From positions 1 through 57,794 of the forward strand of contig WLMQ01000001.1 in assembly GCA_009700145.1 (NCBI GenBank): 57,794 nucleotides of DNA. Direction: 5' to 3'. A program made the translations under genes and the position numbers. The notes below the pieces were generated by a model. The model did not search any database. It was given only the letters and a program-made list of their open reading frames with translations, and was not told the DNA's origin. This DNA is from Actinomycetota bacterium (lineage in GTDB: Bacteria; Actinomycetota; Acidimicrobiia; Acidimicrobiales; Ilumatobacteraceae). Below are positions 9,454 to 17,862 of this stretch, piece after piece (position 1 is the stretch's first letter; every line of letters begins with the position of its first letter).

Positions 9454-9789
9454 ATGGCATTGTCTGAAAACGAACAGCGCATTTTGCGCCAAATCGAAGA
9501 AGAACTTCAAAACGATTCAAAGTTTGCTCAAGCCGTGTCGCCTTCGGGGTTATACACCCATTCGGCAAAAACAGTTCGTTGGGCTGTGGTTGGCCTTGTT
9601 CTGTGCCTAGTTCTTTTGGTCGTCTTATTGCAGGTGCATTACATGGCGGCATTCGCGGTATTTGTTGGCATGCTCGCTTTGCTGGCTGTCATTGAGCGCA
9701 ACGCCCGTGCGATGGGTAAAGCCGGGATTCAGGACGTGGCTGGGGCAATTCGCAAGGCGCGTTCTTCGGCCAGTCGTCGCGTTCAATAA
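9454..9789 (+). CDS. DUF3040-type small membrane protein
   Basis: MALSENEQRILRQIEEEL is the characteristic DUF3040 N-terminus, followed by two TM segments. GGAGG at 9441-9445 lies 8 nt before the ATG at 9454. The ORF track starts at GTG 9445. Confidence 0.7.
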   Translation: MALSENEQRILRQIEEELQNDSKFAQAVSPSGLYTHSAKTVRWAVVGLVLCLVLLVVLLQVHYMAAFAVFVGMLALLAVIERNARAMGKAGIQDVAGAIRKARSSASRRVQ

Positions 9790-9798
9790 CTGAATTCT

Positions 9799-12069
9799 TT
9801 ACGGGCGAGTTTGCTGTCCACCAGCAAGTTTCCAGGCAAGGTGCGGGCTCAGGTATTGGCGAATCTGAATCTTCAATGGCAACTGTGACTGATGTGTTCT
9901 CACAAAGTCATCGAGTTCTTGGTACACAGCATTACTTACTTCAAGTTTGGCGAATAAATGTTGTGTCACTAAGTTGACGATGCGTTCAATCAGTTCGGCA
10001 TCGGCCCAACTTTGCTCAATGAACCGTTCACCAATTTCAAAAACGGTGAGTTGGCTCGGAAGTTCACCATGGACGGCTTCAAATTGAGCGACAGCAGATC
10101 TCCAGGTCAGGAGAATCACGTTACTTTCTCGGCGACGGGCAGTTGATCGGACGACACGAGGCATTGCAAATGCCCACAAGGAAATCAACGCGATCGCTAG
10201 AGCGAGGTAGATAAAAACTTGTGCCGAACTTCGTGAACTATCCGTCGTCGATGGTGTCGCTGGAGTACTCGAGTTGACAGGAACCGTCGTTGACCCGTTC
10301 GCAGTTGTGGTTGATGGCTGATTGAGGGCGGTGGTGGTAGGCGCGACGGCAGTGGGAGTTGAGTCATCTTGGGCAGGTGCAACATTTGTGTAATCGGCTG
10401 ATGGTGCGCCACGACCAGGGGTTGGTTCAAACAAGACCCAACCAATGCCATCAAACCAAACTTCTGGCCATGCATGTGCGTGTTGGCTACGAACATTGAA
10501 GAGTTGGACATTTGATGTTCCAATCGGGGACTGCTCACCTGGAGTGAACCCAATCGCCACACGGGAAGGGATGCCTATCAGTCGAGCGAAGAGGGCGAAC
10601 GTTGAAGAGAATTGTTCGCAATATCCGGTTTTACGATTGAGGAACTCAAGAGTTGCTGTCGACGAATTGCTTGTTGGTACATCGAGAGAATAGGTGAAAT
10701 TATCTCGGAAGTAACTTTGTATCGCCAGCAACTTTTCATAATTCCCCGTCGAACCCTTGATGATTTGATCAACTACTTGTCGAAGTTCGGTGATTTCTTG
10801 ATTCTGTGGGAGTTGTAGATAGTCGACATCAGGAGGCGAGGAAGACGATGAGATTCGCAATGTGTCGGCAGAAGGCACGACGACAGTTGAAACGATCTGA
10901 TAATTGTCGTTACGGTTGAGCCCATCTTTGCTGACAAGTAATGTTCCGCTTTGAGGTTCGTAAAACAAACTCCGCGTCGCTGATCGTAATTGCACTGGTC
11001 TGTCGGCCACGGGGGCAAAATTTCCAGCGAGGCTTTGGATGGTGACGAGTTGAGTGACATCAGTTTGCGCCACTCCTACTTCGGAAATCGTTGTTGCGTT
11101 TGCTAGTTCGCCGCCTGCAGTGTCCAGAAGATCCTGCGACACTGTCCATTTGTTTCCGTCAAAATTGGGCAGTGATGTCGTGCGCCAATACGAAGGGGAT
11201 TCGGAAGCGACACTGAAGAGTATTTCGTCGGTGGGGTCGTTGAGACGACCTCGAATGTCAACGAGTGGATCAAGCTGTGGTCCAGCCTTACCTGAATGGT
11301 TTGATAACCAAGAGTCTTCGGTAGCACCTGGGATACGTGGGCCGATCATTAAGGCAATCAAACTTGCGACCACCGCTAAGAGGGCGATGTACGAGGCTGA
11401 CAGCATTGTTGTCCGACCAGGTCGATACCCAAAAATTTTGCTACTTCTTGCGAGTTGATGTCGAAGTCGTAAAACGGCGACAGAAATAATCGCGGTGGCG
11501 ATCCAGAGTGCGGTGACGATCGTCCGATTTCGGTCGATGCCAACGCTCGAAAGAACAACAAAAATGATGGTGGACGGAATGAGCGATTCAACCCGACCTG
11601 CAAAGCGAAAGGCGAATGAGTCCGATAAGAACGCAATGAGACCGATGCTGACGAGGCCAACAAACCCAAATCCAGATTGGAGTGTCAGGGGTGGGACGGC
11701 ATCGCCAAGGAGTTTCCACGAATCAGAAATTTCTTGCCAAACGAACGACCAAGTACGACCAAGCGGTAGTCCAAATGTCAAGGTTTGACGGGCCTGAAAA
11801 TAGGACGCGAGAAGATAAGTAAACAACGTGACGCCAACGAAGGACAACAAGAATGGCAATCTCCATCGTCGAAGTGCGTAGGCGACAAGATGTCCGGCAG
11901 TTGCGACAACGAGATAAGAAGGAAGAAATCCCCACCCACTGAATATTCGGCAGAAAGAAATTGCCGTCACGATGGTCATTATCCAAAGGGTCACCACTCC
12001 GAGCAGGTCACGCAATGTTCGATCGTATGCAATGTCTTTGCTGGCGGGGCGAGAAGCAGAAGTTGTCAC
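9799..12069 (-). CDS. membrane transglutaminase-like protein (TgpA-like, with a DUF4129-like C-terminus)
   Basis: 756 aa with about 6 N-terminal TM segments. The transglutaminase core has Cys (TGYCEQFSSTFALFARLIGIPSRVAIGF) and His/Asp (HAHAWPEVWFDGIGWVLFEPT). A Pro/Thr/Ser linker, one TM segment and a cytoplasmic tail follow. Confidence 0.8.
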   Translation of the reverse strand: MTTSASRPASKDIAYDRTLRDLLGVVTLWIMTIVTAISFCRIFSGWGFLPSYLVVATAGHLVAYALRRWRLPFLLSFVGVTLFTYLLASYFQARQTLTFGLPLGRTWSFVWQEISDSWKLLGDAVPPLTLQSGFGFVGLVSIGLIAFLSDSFAFRFAGRVESLIPSTIIFVVLSSVGIDRNRTIVTALWIATAIISVAVLRLRHQLARSSKIFGYRPGRTTMLSASYIALLAVVASLIALMIGPRIPGATEDSWLSNHSGKAGPQLDPLVDIRGRLNDPTDEILFSVASESPSYWRTTSLPNFDGNKWTVSQDLLDTAGGELANATTISEVGVAQTDVTQLVTIQSLAGNFAPVADRPVQLRSATRSLFYEPQSGTLLVSKDGLNRNDNYQIVSTVVVPSADTLRISSSSSPPDVDYLQLPQNQEITELRQVVDQIIKGSTGNYEKLLAIQSYFRDNFTYSLDVPTSNSSTATLEFLNRKTGYCEQFSSTFALFARLIGIPSRVAIGFTPGEQSPIGTSNVQLFNVRSQHAHAWPEVWFDGIGWVLFEPTPGRGAPSADYTNVAPAQDDSTPTAVAPTTTALNQPSTTTANGSTTVPVNSSTPATPSTTDSSRSSAQVFIYLALAIALISLWAFAMPRVVRSTARRRESNVILLTWRSAVAQFEAVHGELPSQLTVFEIGERFIEQSWADAELIERIVNLVTQHLFAKLEVSNAVYQELDDFVRTHQSQLPLKIQIRQYLSPHLAWKLAGGQQTRP

Positions 12070-12080
12070 GGGCGAGCGAT

Positions 12081-13247
12081 TCAGACGAGATATTCAGCCG
12101 ATAGCGCGGACAGAAGATTCCAACTTTCGGCGAAAAGGTCGAGTTGTTGGCAGGGGAGCACAAACCAATGGGGTGGAAGGTTGTCAGCAGAGGAAGAGTT
12201 GTCGCAAAAAATAACAACGACAATTCGGGCTGAGCCGCATTGCTTCCACACTGTGTCAATCCATTGAGTATCTGGATGACCCGAAATAATGATGTCCACT
12301 TTGAGTTGGCCCGATTGGCGTGGTGCGATGTCTAAGGACTCGTAGTCACTTGAATCTATTTCGGCAAGAAATTTAAGGACTGATATTGCATCCGTAGGAG
12401 ACGTCACAGAAAAATTCTGCGATGCACAGTTGATCCCAACTTTGGTGAAGTCTTCAACATTCTGATGCGAAATTGACCGGGCGAAAGATGCGGCTACAGA
12501 AACTGCTCGCTCAAAACCTTCGGGCGAATACGCACGAGTTCGTGTATCAAGGGTGATCTGCGTATCTATCGCAATTTCGGTCTCGTATTCGTTGACGACT
12601 AAGTCTTCGCGTTTGGCGCTGACCTTCCAATTGATACGACGTGGATCATCGCCAATTGAGTATTCGCGTATCGAACGGAATTCGGAACTCGTCGGTTGAT
12701 TACGGATAGCGCGCTTGATGGCATCTACCAATTCGCCTTCACCAGTTTTAGGGTCGGGAAGTTGGATATCAACTGTTTGAGGGTAGACGGTGATCGGTGT
12801 TGATTGACCCAAATTTTTTGATCGCCGCGAAAGCCCGAGTGGATCAGCGACCTCAACGATTGCTGGCCCGAGAATGAGGCTGCCGCGGTGGTGAGTGGCA
12901 ATTTGGTAATTGGCTCGAGCAACTTGTCCAGAAGGTAGAGGTGCGAGTGAGATATGAACCCTTCCTCCTTCTTCTGTTGCTTCATGGACGTCACAGGCAG
13001 GGATTCGTGAGCTTGTGAGAAGGCTGAGTTCAACCTGGATGATTAGTCCTGCTTCGGGGTCAGACGGATCAACTGCGCGGTTGATCTCAATATTGGGTTT
13101 TTGTGTAGTAACTAAAAGCATCGCGACAAGAACGCAGGTGATGAGCGCCGTGCCCATGATGAAGAGTTCGAGTAGTCCGAAGAGGCGACCGACAGCGATG
13201 GTTATCAAACCACCGAAGACGAACACTCCGGATTGTCGCGAGAGCAT
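12081..13247 (-). CDS. DUF58 domain protein
   Basis: 388 aa with two N-terminal TM segments and the DUF58 signature FRSIREYSIGDDPRRINWKVSAKREDLVVNEYE. It sits between the MoxR ATPase and the transglutaminase on the same strand with 2-11 nt gaps. Confidence 0.8.
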   Translation of the reverse strand: MLSRQSGVFVFGGLITIAVGRLFGLLELFIMGTALITCVLVAMLLVTTQKPNIEINRAVDPSDPEAGLIIQVELSLLTSSRIPACDVHEATEEGGRVHISLAPLPSGQVARANYQIATHHRGSLILGPAIVEVADPLGLSRRSKNLGQSTPITVYPQTVDIQLPDPKTGEGELVDAIKRAIRNQPTSSEFRSIREYSIGDDPRRINWKVSAKREDLVVNEYETEIAIDTQITLDTRTRAYSPEGFERAVSVAASFARSISHQNVEDFTKVGINCASQNFSVTSPTDAISVLKFLAEIDSSDYESLDIAPRQSGQLKVDIIISGHPDTQWIDTVWKQCGSARIVVVIFCDNSSSADNLPPHWFVLPCQQLDLFAESWNLLSALSAEYLV

Positions 13248-13249
13248 AT

Positions 13250-14218
13250 TTAACGTCCAGAAGGGACAGGTACAGTTGCGAGAATTTCTTGTATGACATC
13301 ACTCGTCGTCATGCGACGACCAGAGCTGCTGTTTCGTACAACAAGTCGATGCGCCAAAACAGGAACCGCGAGTTCTTTGACATCATCGGGGGTGGTGTAA
13401 TCGCGGCCCCGCGCTGCTGCGAGTGCTCGCACCGCTCGCGCCAATTGAATGATCGCTCGAGGAGACAATCCGAGTGCGACTTGAGGGTGTTTACGACTCG
13501 CATGAGCAATATCGACGAGATAATTCTTCAGAGGATCAACCATTGATACTCGCGAAGCGGCGGCGATCATTTCTTGAATGTCCTGGGCAGTCACAACAGG
13601 TGCGAGTTGATCAGTTAAATCGGCGCCAGTTTTGGGTTCAAGGATGTCAAGTTCGGCTTGGCGGTTTGGGTATCCGATCTCCATGCGAATCAAAAACCGG
13701 TCGAGCTGACTTTCGGGCAACTTATATGTGCCGTCGTGTTCAACCGGATTTTGTGTTGCAATGACAAGAAACGGGTGCGGCAGACTTCGAGTGACGCCAT
13801 CAATTGAAACTTGGCGTTCTTCCATCGCCTCTAACAAGGCTGACTGAGTCTTGGGGGAAGCACGATTAATTTCGTCAGCAAGCACGATGTTGGCGAATAG
13901 TGGCCCTTCTTGAAATTCAAAGACTTCACGTTGTTTGCTCCAAATTGAAACTCCGACGAGGTCGGACGGTAACAAGTCGGGGGTGAACTGAACGCGCTTC
14001 CACGAACATTCAATCGAGGCTGATAGGGCTTTGGCCAAACTAGTTTTGCCGACGCCTGGCACATCTTCGATGAGTAGGTGGCCATCGGCTAGGAGGCAAA
14101 CAACAGCGAGCTCAATAGGACTCTTTTTGCCTTTAAGAACTAGCCCGACGTTGTCCACGATGGACTCAAACATGCGGGCGAAGGAACGGGAGGAAGTTGA
14201 ACCGGAGGGAGAAGACAC
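13250..14218 (-). CDS. MoxR-family AAA+ ATPase
   Basis: 322 aa with Walker A EDVPGVGKT, Walker B LADEINRASPKTQSALLEAMEE, and VIATQNPVEHDGTYKLPESQLDRF. Confidence 0.9.
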   Translation of the reverse strand: MSSPSGSTSSRSFARMFESIVDNVGLVLKGKKSPIELAVVCLLADGHLLIEDVPGVGKTSLAKALSASIECSWKRVQFTPDLLPSDLVGVSIWSKQREVFEFQEGPLFANIVLADEINRASPKTQSALLEAMEERQVSIDGVTRSLPHPFLVIATQNPVEHDGTYKLPESQLDRFLIRMEIGYPNRQAELDILEPKTGADLTDQLAPVVTAQDIQEMIAAASRVSMVDPLKNYLVDIAHASRKHPQVALGLSPRAIIQLARAVRALAAARGRDYTTPDDVKELAVPVLAHRLVVRNSSSGRRMTTSDVIQEILATVPVPSGR

Positions 14219-14243
14219 GGTGACACGCTAGACGCTAGATACC

Positions 14244-15131
14244 GTGAGTGGGATGGCAACGACCTCTGGAATTCTGGCAGTTGACATTGGCGGAACGAAA
14301 TTGGCTGCTGCTGTCGTCACCGCGCAAGGTGACATCATTCGTCGAGACCGAGTAGCAACGCCGGCGCGGGCCCCATGGATCACGCTTTCGACGTTGATTA
14401 AACGCATTCAAGCCGCAGCCTCTGACATTGAGCTCATCGCCTGTGGAGTTGCTTGTGGGGGTCCGATGAAAATTGGTGGAACCGAGGTATCCCCGTTGCA
14501 CATTCCGGCATGGGTTGATTTTCCACTTCTGTCATCAATTTCAGAATTAACTGGTTTGAAGACGTACATCGATAATGATGCGAAGGCTCTTGCGTTGGCG
14601 GAAGGTTGGAAGGGTGCCGCACGCGATTGTGCAAATTTCATGGCAGTCGTGATTGGGACTGGAGTTGGAGGGGGCCTCGTCGTCGGTAATCGCCTCGCCG
14701 TGGGTCGCACTGGAAATGCCGGTCACTTTGGTCACATCGTGGTTGGAGGAGACATTGTTGGGCATGATGATCGCCCGTGTCGCTGTGGAGGACGAGGTTG
14801 TCTCGAGGCGTATTTGTCAGGTCCGGCCGTTGAACTAGAAACTGGACGCGACCCGATGTATGCACCAATGAACTTGAAAGTCCGTAACGGAATTTTGTTA
14901 GGACGAGCCGTGGCATCGGTCGCGGCAGTCGCTGATATTTCGCGGGTCGTTGTTGGAGGAAGTGTCGCCTTGGGATGGGGCGATCCGTTCTTCCAAGCCG
15001 CTAATGAAGAGTTGGCCTCACGATCTAAATTGCCATTCACTGCGGGGATCTCCATCGTGCCCCTCGGCCTTGGTGACTCGTCGGCGTTGATCGGTGCTGC
15101 CGCTGTAGCTCTGACCAGTATCAACAACTGA
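14244..15131 (+). CDS. ROK-family sugar kinase (glucokinase-like)
   Basis: 295 aa with ILAVDIGGTKLAAAVV, NDAKALALAE, VIGTGVGGG and the ROK zinc motif CRCGGRGCLEAY. The start may be the ATG at 14253. Confidence 0.8.
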   Translation: MSGMATTSGILAVDIGGTKLAAAVVTAQGDIIRRDRVATPARAPWITLSTLIKRIQAAASDIELIACGVACGGPMKIGGTEVSPLHIPAWVDFPLLSSISELTGLKTYIDNDAKALALAEGWKGAARDCANFMAVVIGTGVGGGLVVGNRLAVGRTGNAGHFGHIVVGGDIVGHDDRPCRCGGRGCLEAYLSGPAVELETGRDPMYAPMNLKVRNGILLGRAVASVAAVADISRVVVGGSVALGWGDPFFQAANEELASRSKLPFTAGISIVPLGLGDSSALIGAAAVALTSINN

Positions 15132-15151
15132 AAATTCACAGACTGCAGCAA

Positions 15152-16387
15152 ATGGCGAGTAAGTTCGCAGGTATGCGTCCGATGTATGACCCTGAAGTAG
15201 ATGTCTTTCGTAGCCAAGTGCAGTCATTCCTAGCCGAAAACCTTCCAGCCGATTGGCGCGGCATTGGTTTATTGCCTGCTGACGAAGCCCACGCGTGGGT
15301 GATGGACTGGCGCAAGATTTTGCATCGTGAGCGGTTTTTGGCAGCGGGCTGGCCGGCCGAATATGGCGGCGGTGGTATGTCGGCGCTCGAACAAGTGATA
15401 TTGGCTGAAGAATTTGCCAAGGCGGGCGTGCCAACTGGTGGATCAAATGATGGCTTTGGCATCACCATGTTGGGCAACACATTGTTGACATGGGGAACTG
15501 AAGAACAAAAGAAGTATTACTTGCCGCGCATCTTGTCCAATGAAGATGTGTGGTGTCAGGGCTATAGCGAACCCAATGCGGGTAGCGACTTAGGAAGTCT
15601 GGGACTAAAGGCAACTCTCGACGGTGATCAGTGGGTATTGAACGGACAAAAAATTTGGACGTCCGCTGGACATTTGGCCGATCACATTTTTACGTTGGCG
15701 CGAACCGATCCCGACAGTCCGAAACATAAAGGTATTTCATTTCTTTTGGTTGATATGCGTCAACCCGGAATTGAAGTTCGCCCGATCAAAATGATCAACG
15801 GTGAGAGCGAATTCAACGAAGTCTTTTACACCGATGCCGTATGTCCTAAGGAAAACGTCGTTGGCGGACTGAATAATGGTTGGGCCGTAGCAATGACGCT
15901 GCTTGGTTATGAGCGTGGTGAGGGTGCAGCGACGGTTCCCGTACGTTTCCAAGCCGAACTTGATCGATTGCTGCTCTTGGCTAAGGAATGCGGGGTTGAC
16001 CAAGATCCTCGTATTCGACAAAAACTGGCATGGGCGTATTCAAAGGTTCAGATCATGCGTTATCTCGGATTACGCACCTTGACAAAATTCCTTGCCGGAG
16101 GTCACCCCGGACCCGATGGCGGAATCTTCAAGCGTTACTGGAGTGAATATCACCAAGCTGTCACTGAACTTTCCATGGAGATCCTTGGCGCTTCAGCGAT
16201 GTGTCCCGAGGGACGACCTCCTTTGAATTCGTTCCAACCCGACGATCGCAGTGCGCCCAATTCAAGCGGAAGTTGGACCGGAGCTTTTCTCAATGCTCGC
16301 GCTGGGACGATTTATGCAGGCTCATCGCAGATTCAGTCAAATATCATTGGTGAGATGGTGCTCGGTTTGCCCAAGGAACCTCGCTGA
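15152..16387 (+). CDS. acyl-CoA dehydrogenase family protein
   Basis: 411 aa with CQGYSEPNAGSDL, G.KIWTS.G, and the C-terminal IYAGSSQIQSNIIGE typical of ACADs. Confidence 0.85.
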   Translation: MASKFAGMRPMYDPEVDVFRSQVQSFLAENLPADWRGIGLLPADEAHAWVMDWRKILHRERFLAAGWPAEYGGGGMSALEQVILAEEFAKAGVPTGGSNDGFGITMLGNTLLTWGTEEQKKYYLPRILSNEDVWCQGYSEPNAGSDLGSLGLKATLDGDQWVLNGQKIWTSAGHLADHIFTLARTDPDSPKHKGISFLLVDMRQPGIEVRPIKMINGESEFNEVFYTDAVCPKENVVGGLNNGWAVAMTLLGYERGEGAATVPVRFQAELDRLLLLAKECGVDQDPRIRQKLAWAYSKVQIMRYLGLRTLTKFLAGGHPGPDGGIFKRYWSEYHQAVTELSMEILGASAMCPEGRPPLNSFQPDDRSAPNSSGSWTGAFLNARAGTIYAGSSQIQSNIIGEMVLGLPKEPR

Positions 16388-16390
16388 ATC

Positions 16391-16657
16391 ATGAATCGAA
16401 TTCGCCGAGCATTCGCGATGACGTCCATCGTGGCCGGCGTGATTGTCCGACCGCGCTATTGGGCAGTCGCTCTACGAGTCGCTGGGCGCATGGTTCCGTC
16501 GCGTTGGTGGACGATGCGGCCGTATTTGCCGGTGCCAACTGCTGACTACGTGAAGTTTCGCCTTGAGACCCAGTATGGGGGCAGTGCGCCTCAGCCAAAC
16601 CTTCCCGATGTTTTGAAGTACTTGCAATGGGTCCGTCAATGGGACGCCGTGTCATGA
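16391..16657 (+). CDS. hypothetical protein (Trp/Arg-rich, 88 aa)
   Basis: The ATG lies 3 nt after the ACAD stop on the same strand. I recognise no family. A mirror ORF on the minus strand (16389-16661) makes the coding call uncertain. Confidence 0.35.
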   Translation: MNRIRRAFAMTSIVAGVIVRPRYWAVALRVAGRMVPSRWWTMRPYLPVPTADYVKFRLETQYGGSAPQPNLPDVLKYLQWVRQWDAVS

Positions 16658-16692
16658 TCACTGGTGTGAATCGTAGGGGAAATTAGTTTCAG

Positions 16693-17190
16693 ATGAGGAG
16701 CGCGCTGGTACTGAATGCAACGTATGAGCCGCTCAGTGTTGTGCCTTCTCGTCGTGCCGTTTGCCTGGTGTTGAGTGACAAGGCCGAAATGGTTGAGCAT
16801 GACGGGGCATTTATTCGAAGTGAACGTTTGTCACTGCCTTCGCCGTTAGTCATTCGTCTGCGTTATGTCGTCAAAGTGCCGTATCACCGCAAGACTTCGT
16901 TGTCGCGCCGCGCAGTTTTTGCACGTGATAATCATCGTTGCCAATACTGCGGAGGTCTTGCAGAATCAATCGATCATGTGATGCCACGGTCTCGGGGCGG
17001 TCTGCACGCATGGGAAAATGTTGTTGCGGCATGCCGTAAATGCAATCTCGGCAAGCGTGACCGTACGCCTGATGAAGCTGGTATGCGTTTGGCGATTCCG
17101 CCGATGACACCTCGCGAACTGGCGTGGGTGACTGTTGAAGCGGGGACCGTGCCAGATGCATGGAAGCCATATTTGTTGAAAGCCTCGTGA
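16693..17190 (+). CDS. HNH endonuclease
   Basis: 165 aa with CQYCGG...SIDHVMPRSRGG...WENVVAACRKCNLGK, a CxxC...H-N-H...CxxC zinc/HNH core. The N-terminal ALVLNATYEPLSVV is typical of this stand-alone HNH family. Confidence 0.8.
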   Translation: MRSALVLNATYEPLSVVPSRRAVCLVLSDKAEMVEHDGAFIRSERLSLPSPLVIRLRYVVKVPYHRKTSLSRRAVFARDNHRCQYCGGLAESIDHVMPRSRGGLHAWENVVAACRKCNLGKRDRTPDEAGMRLAIPPMTPRELAWVTVEAGTVPDAWKPYLLKAS

Positions 17191-17196
17191 ATTATT

Positions 17197-17862
17197 TTGT
17201 CATCGCGTATTCATAGGTTGACCGGATCGTGCGTCGAGTTTCATCAACGTCCGTTACCGACAGGAAGTGATCCGGTTATCTCGCTGTTCACGCCCGTGCA
17301 GCCAGCGATCATCCTCGGTTCAACGCAAGAGCGGTCGTTAATTAATGAGAAAGCCTGTTTGGCGAACAAGATTGAAATTGTGAAACGGCGCAGCGGTGGC
17401 GGAATTGTATTTCTTGCCGAAGATTCCACTATTTGGATTGACGTTGAAATTCCTCGTGAACATTCTTTGTGGTTAAAAGATGTTGGCGATTCTTCACTGT
17501 GGCTCGGTGAAGTTTTCAAAAAAGAACTCTCAGAACTTTGCGATGTCAAACTTGAACTTCACCGCGATGCCTTGATCAAAACTGCTTGGTCGTCACTTAT
17601 CTGCTTTGCTGGTCGCGGACCAGGTGAGGTGTTCAGTCAGGACGGTCGCAAAGTTGTGGGCATCAGTCAACGTCGAACGCGCGATTGGGCCAGATTTCAG
17701 TGTGCGATTTCTTTGCAATGGAAACCCGAATTACTACTTGAGTTGTTGAATGAGCCCCGGCCGACAATTTCTGACATTGAAAATTGCGGGTCAAATCTTT
17801 CGTTGGATTCTGCAGCAGTTGCGACGAAAATGACTGACGCAATTCGGTTTGCTTTGGATTAA
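17197..17862 (+). CDS. biotin/lipoate A/B protein ligase family protein (LplA/LipM-like catalytic domain only)
   Basis: 221 aa from a TTG start, with RRSGGGIVFL and the CFAGRGPGEVFSQDGRKVVGISQRR lysine motif of lipoate/octanoyl transferases. Confidence 0.6.
   Translation: MSSRIHRLTGSCVEFHQRPLPTGSDPVISLFTPVQPAIILGSTQERSLINEKACLANKIEIVKRRSGGGIVFLAEDSTIWIDVEIPREHSLWLKDVGDSSLWLGEVFKKELSELCDVKLELHRDALIKTAWSSLICFAGRGPGEVFSQDGRKVVGISQRRTRDWARFQCAISLQWKPELLLELLNEPRPTISDIENCGSNLSLDSAAVATKMTDAIRFALD

Noticed and set aside
16389-16661. A 90-aa minus-strand ORF mirroring the 88-aa plus-strand ORF between the ACAD and HNH genes.
   Set aside because: I favoured the plus-strand ORF only because it is co-directional and starts 3 nt after the ACAD stop. 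Neither reading has recognisable homology, so both are low confidence.
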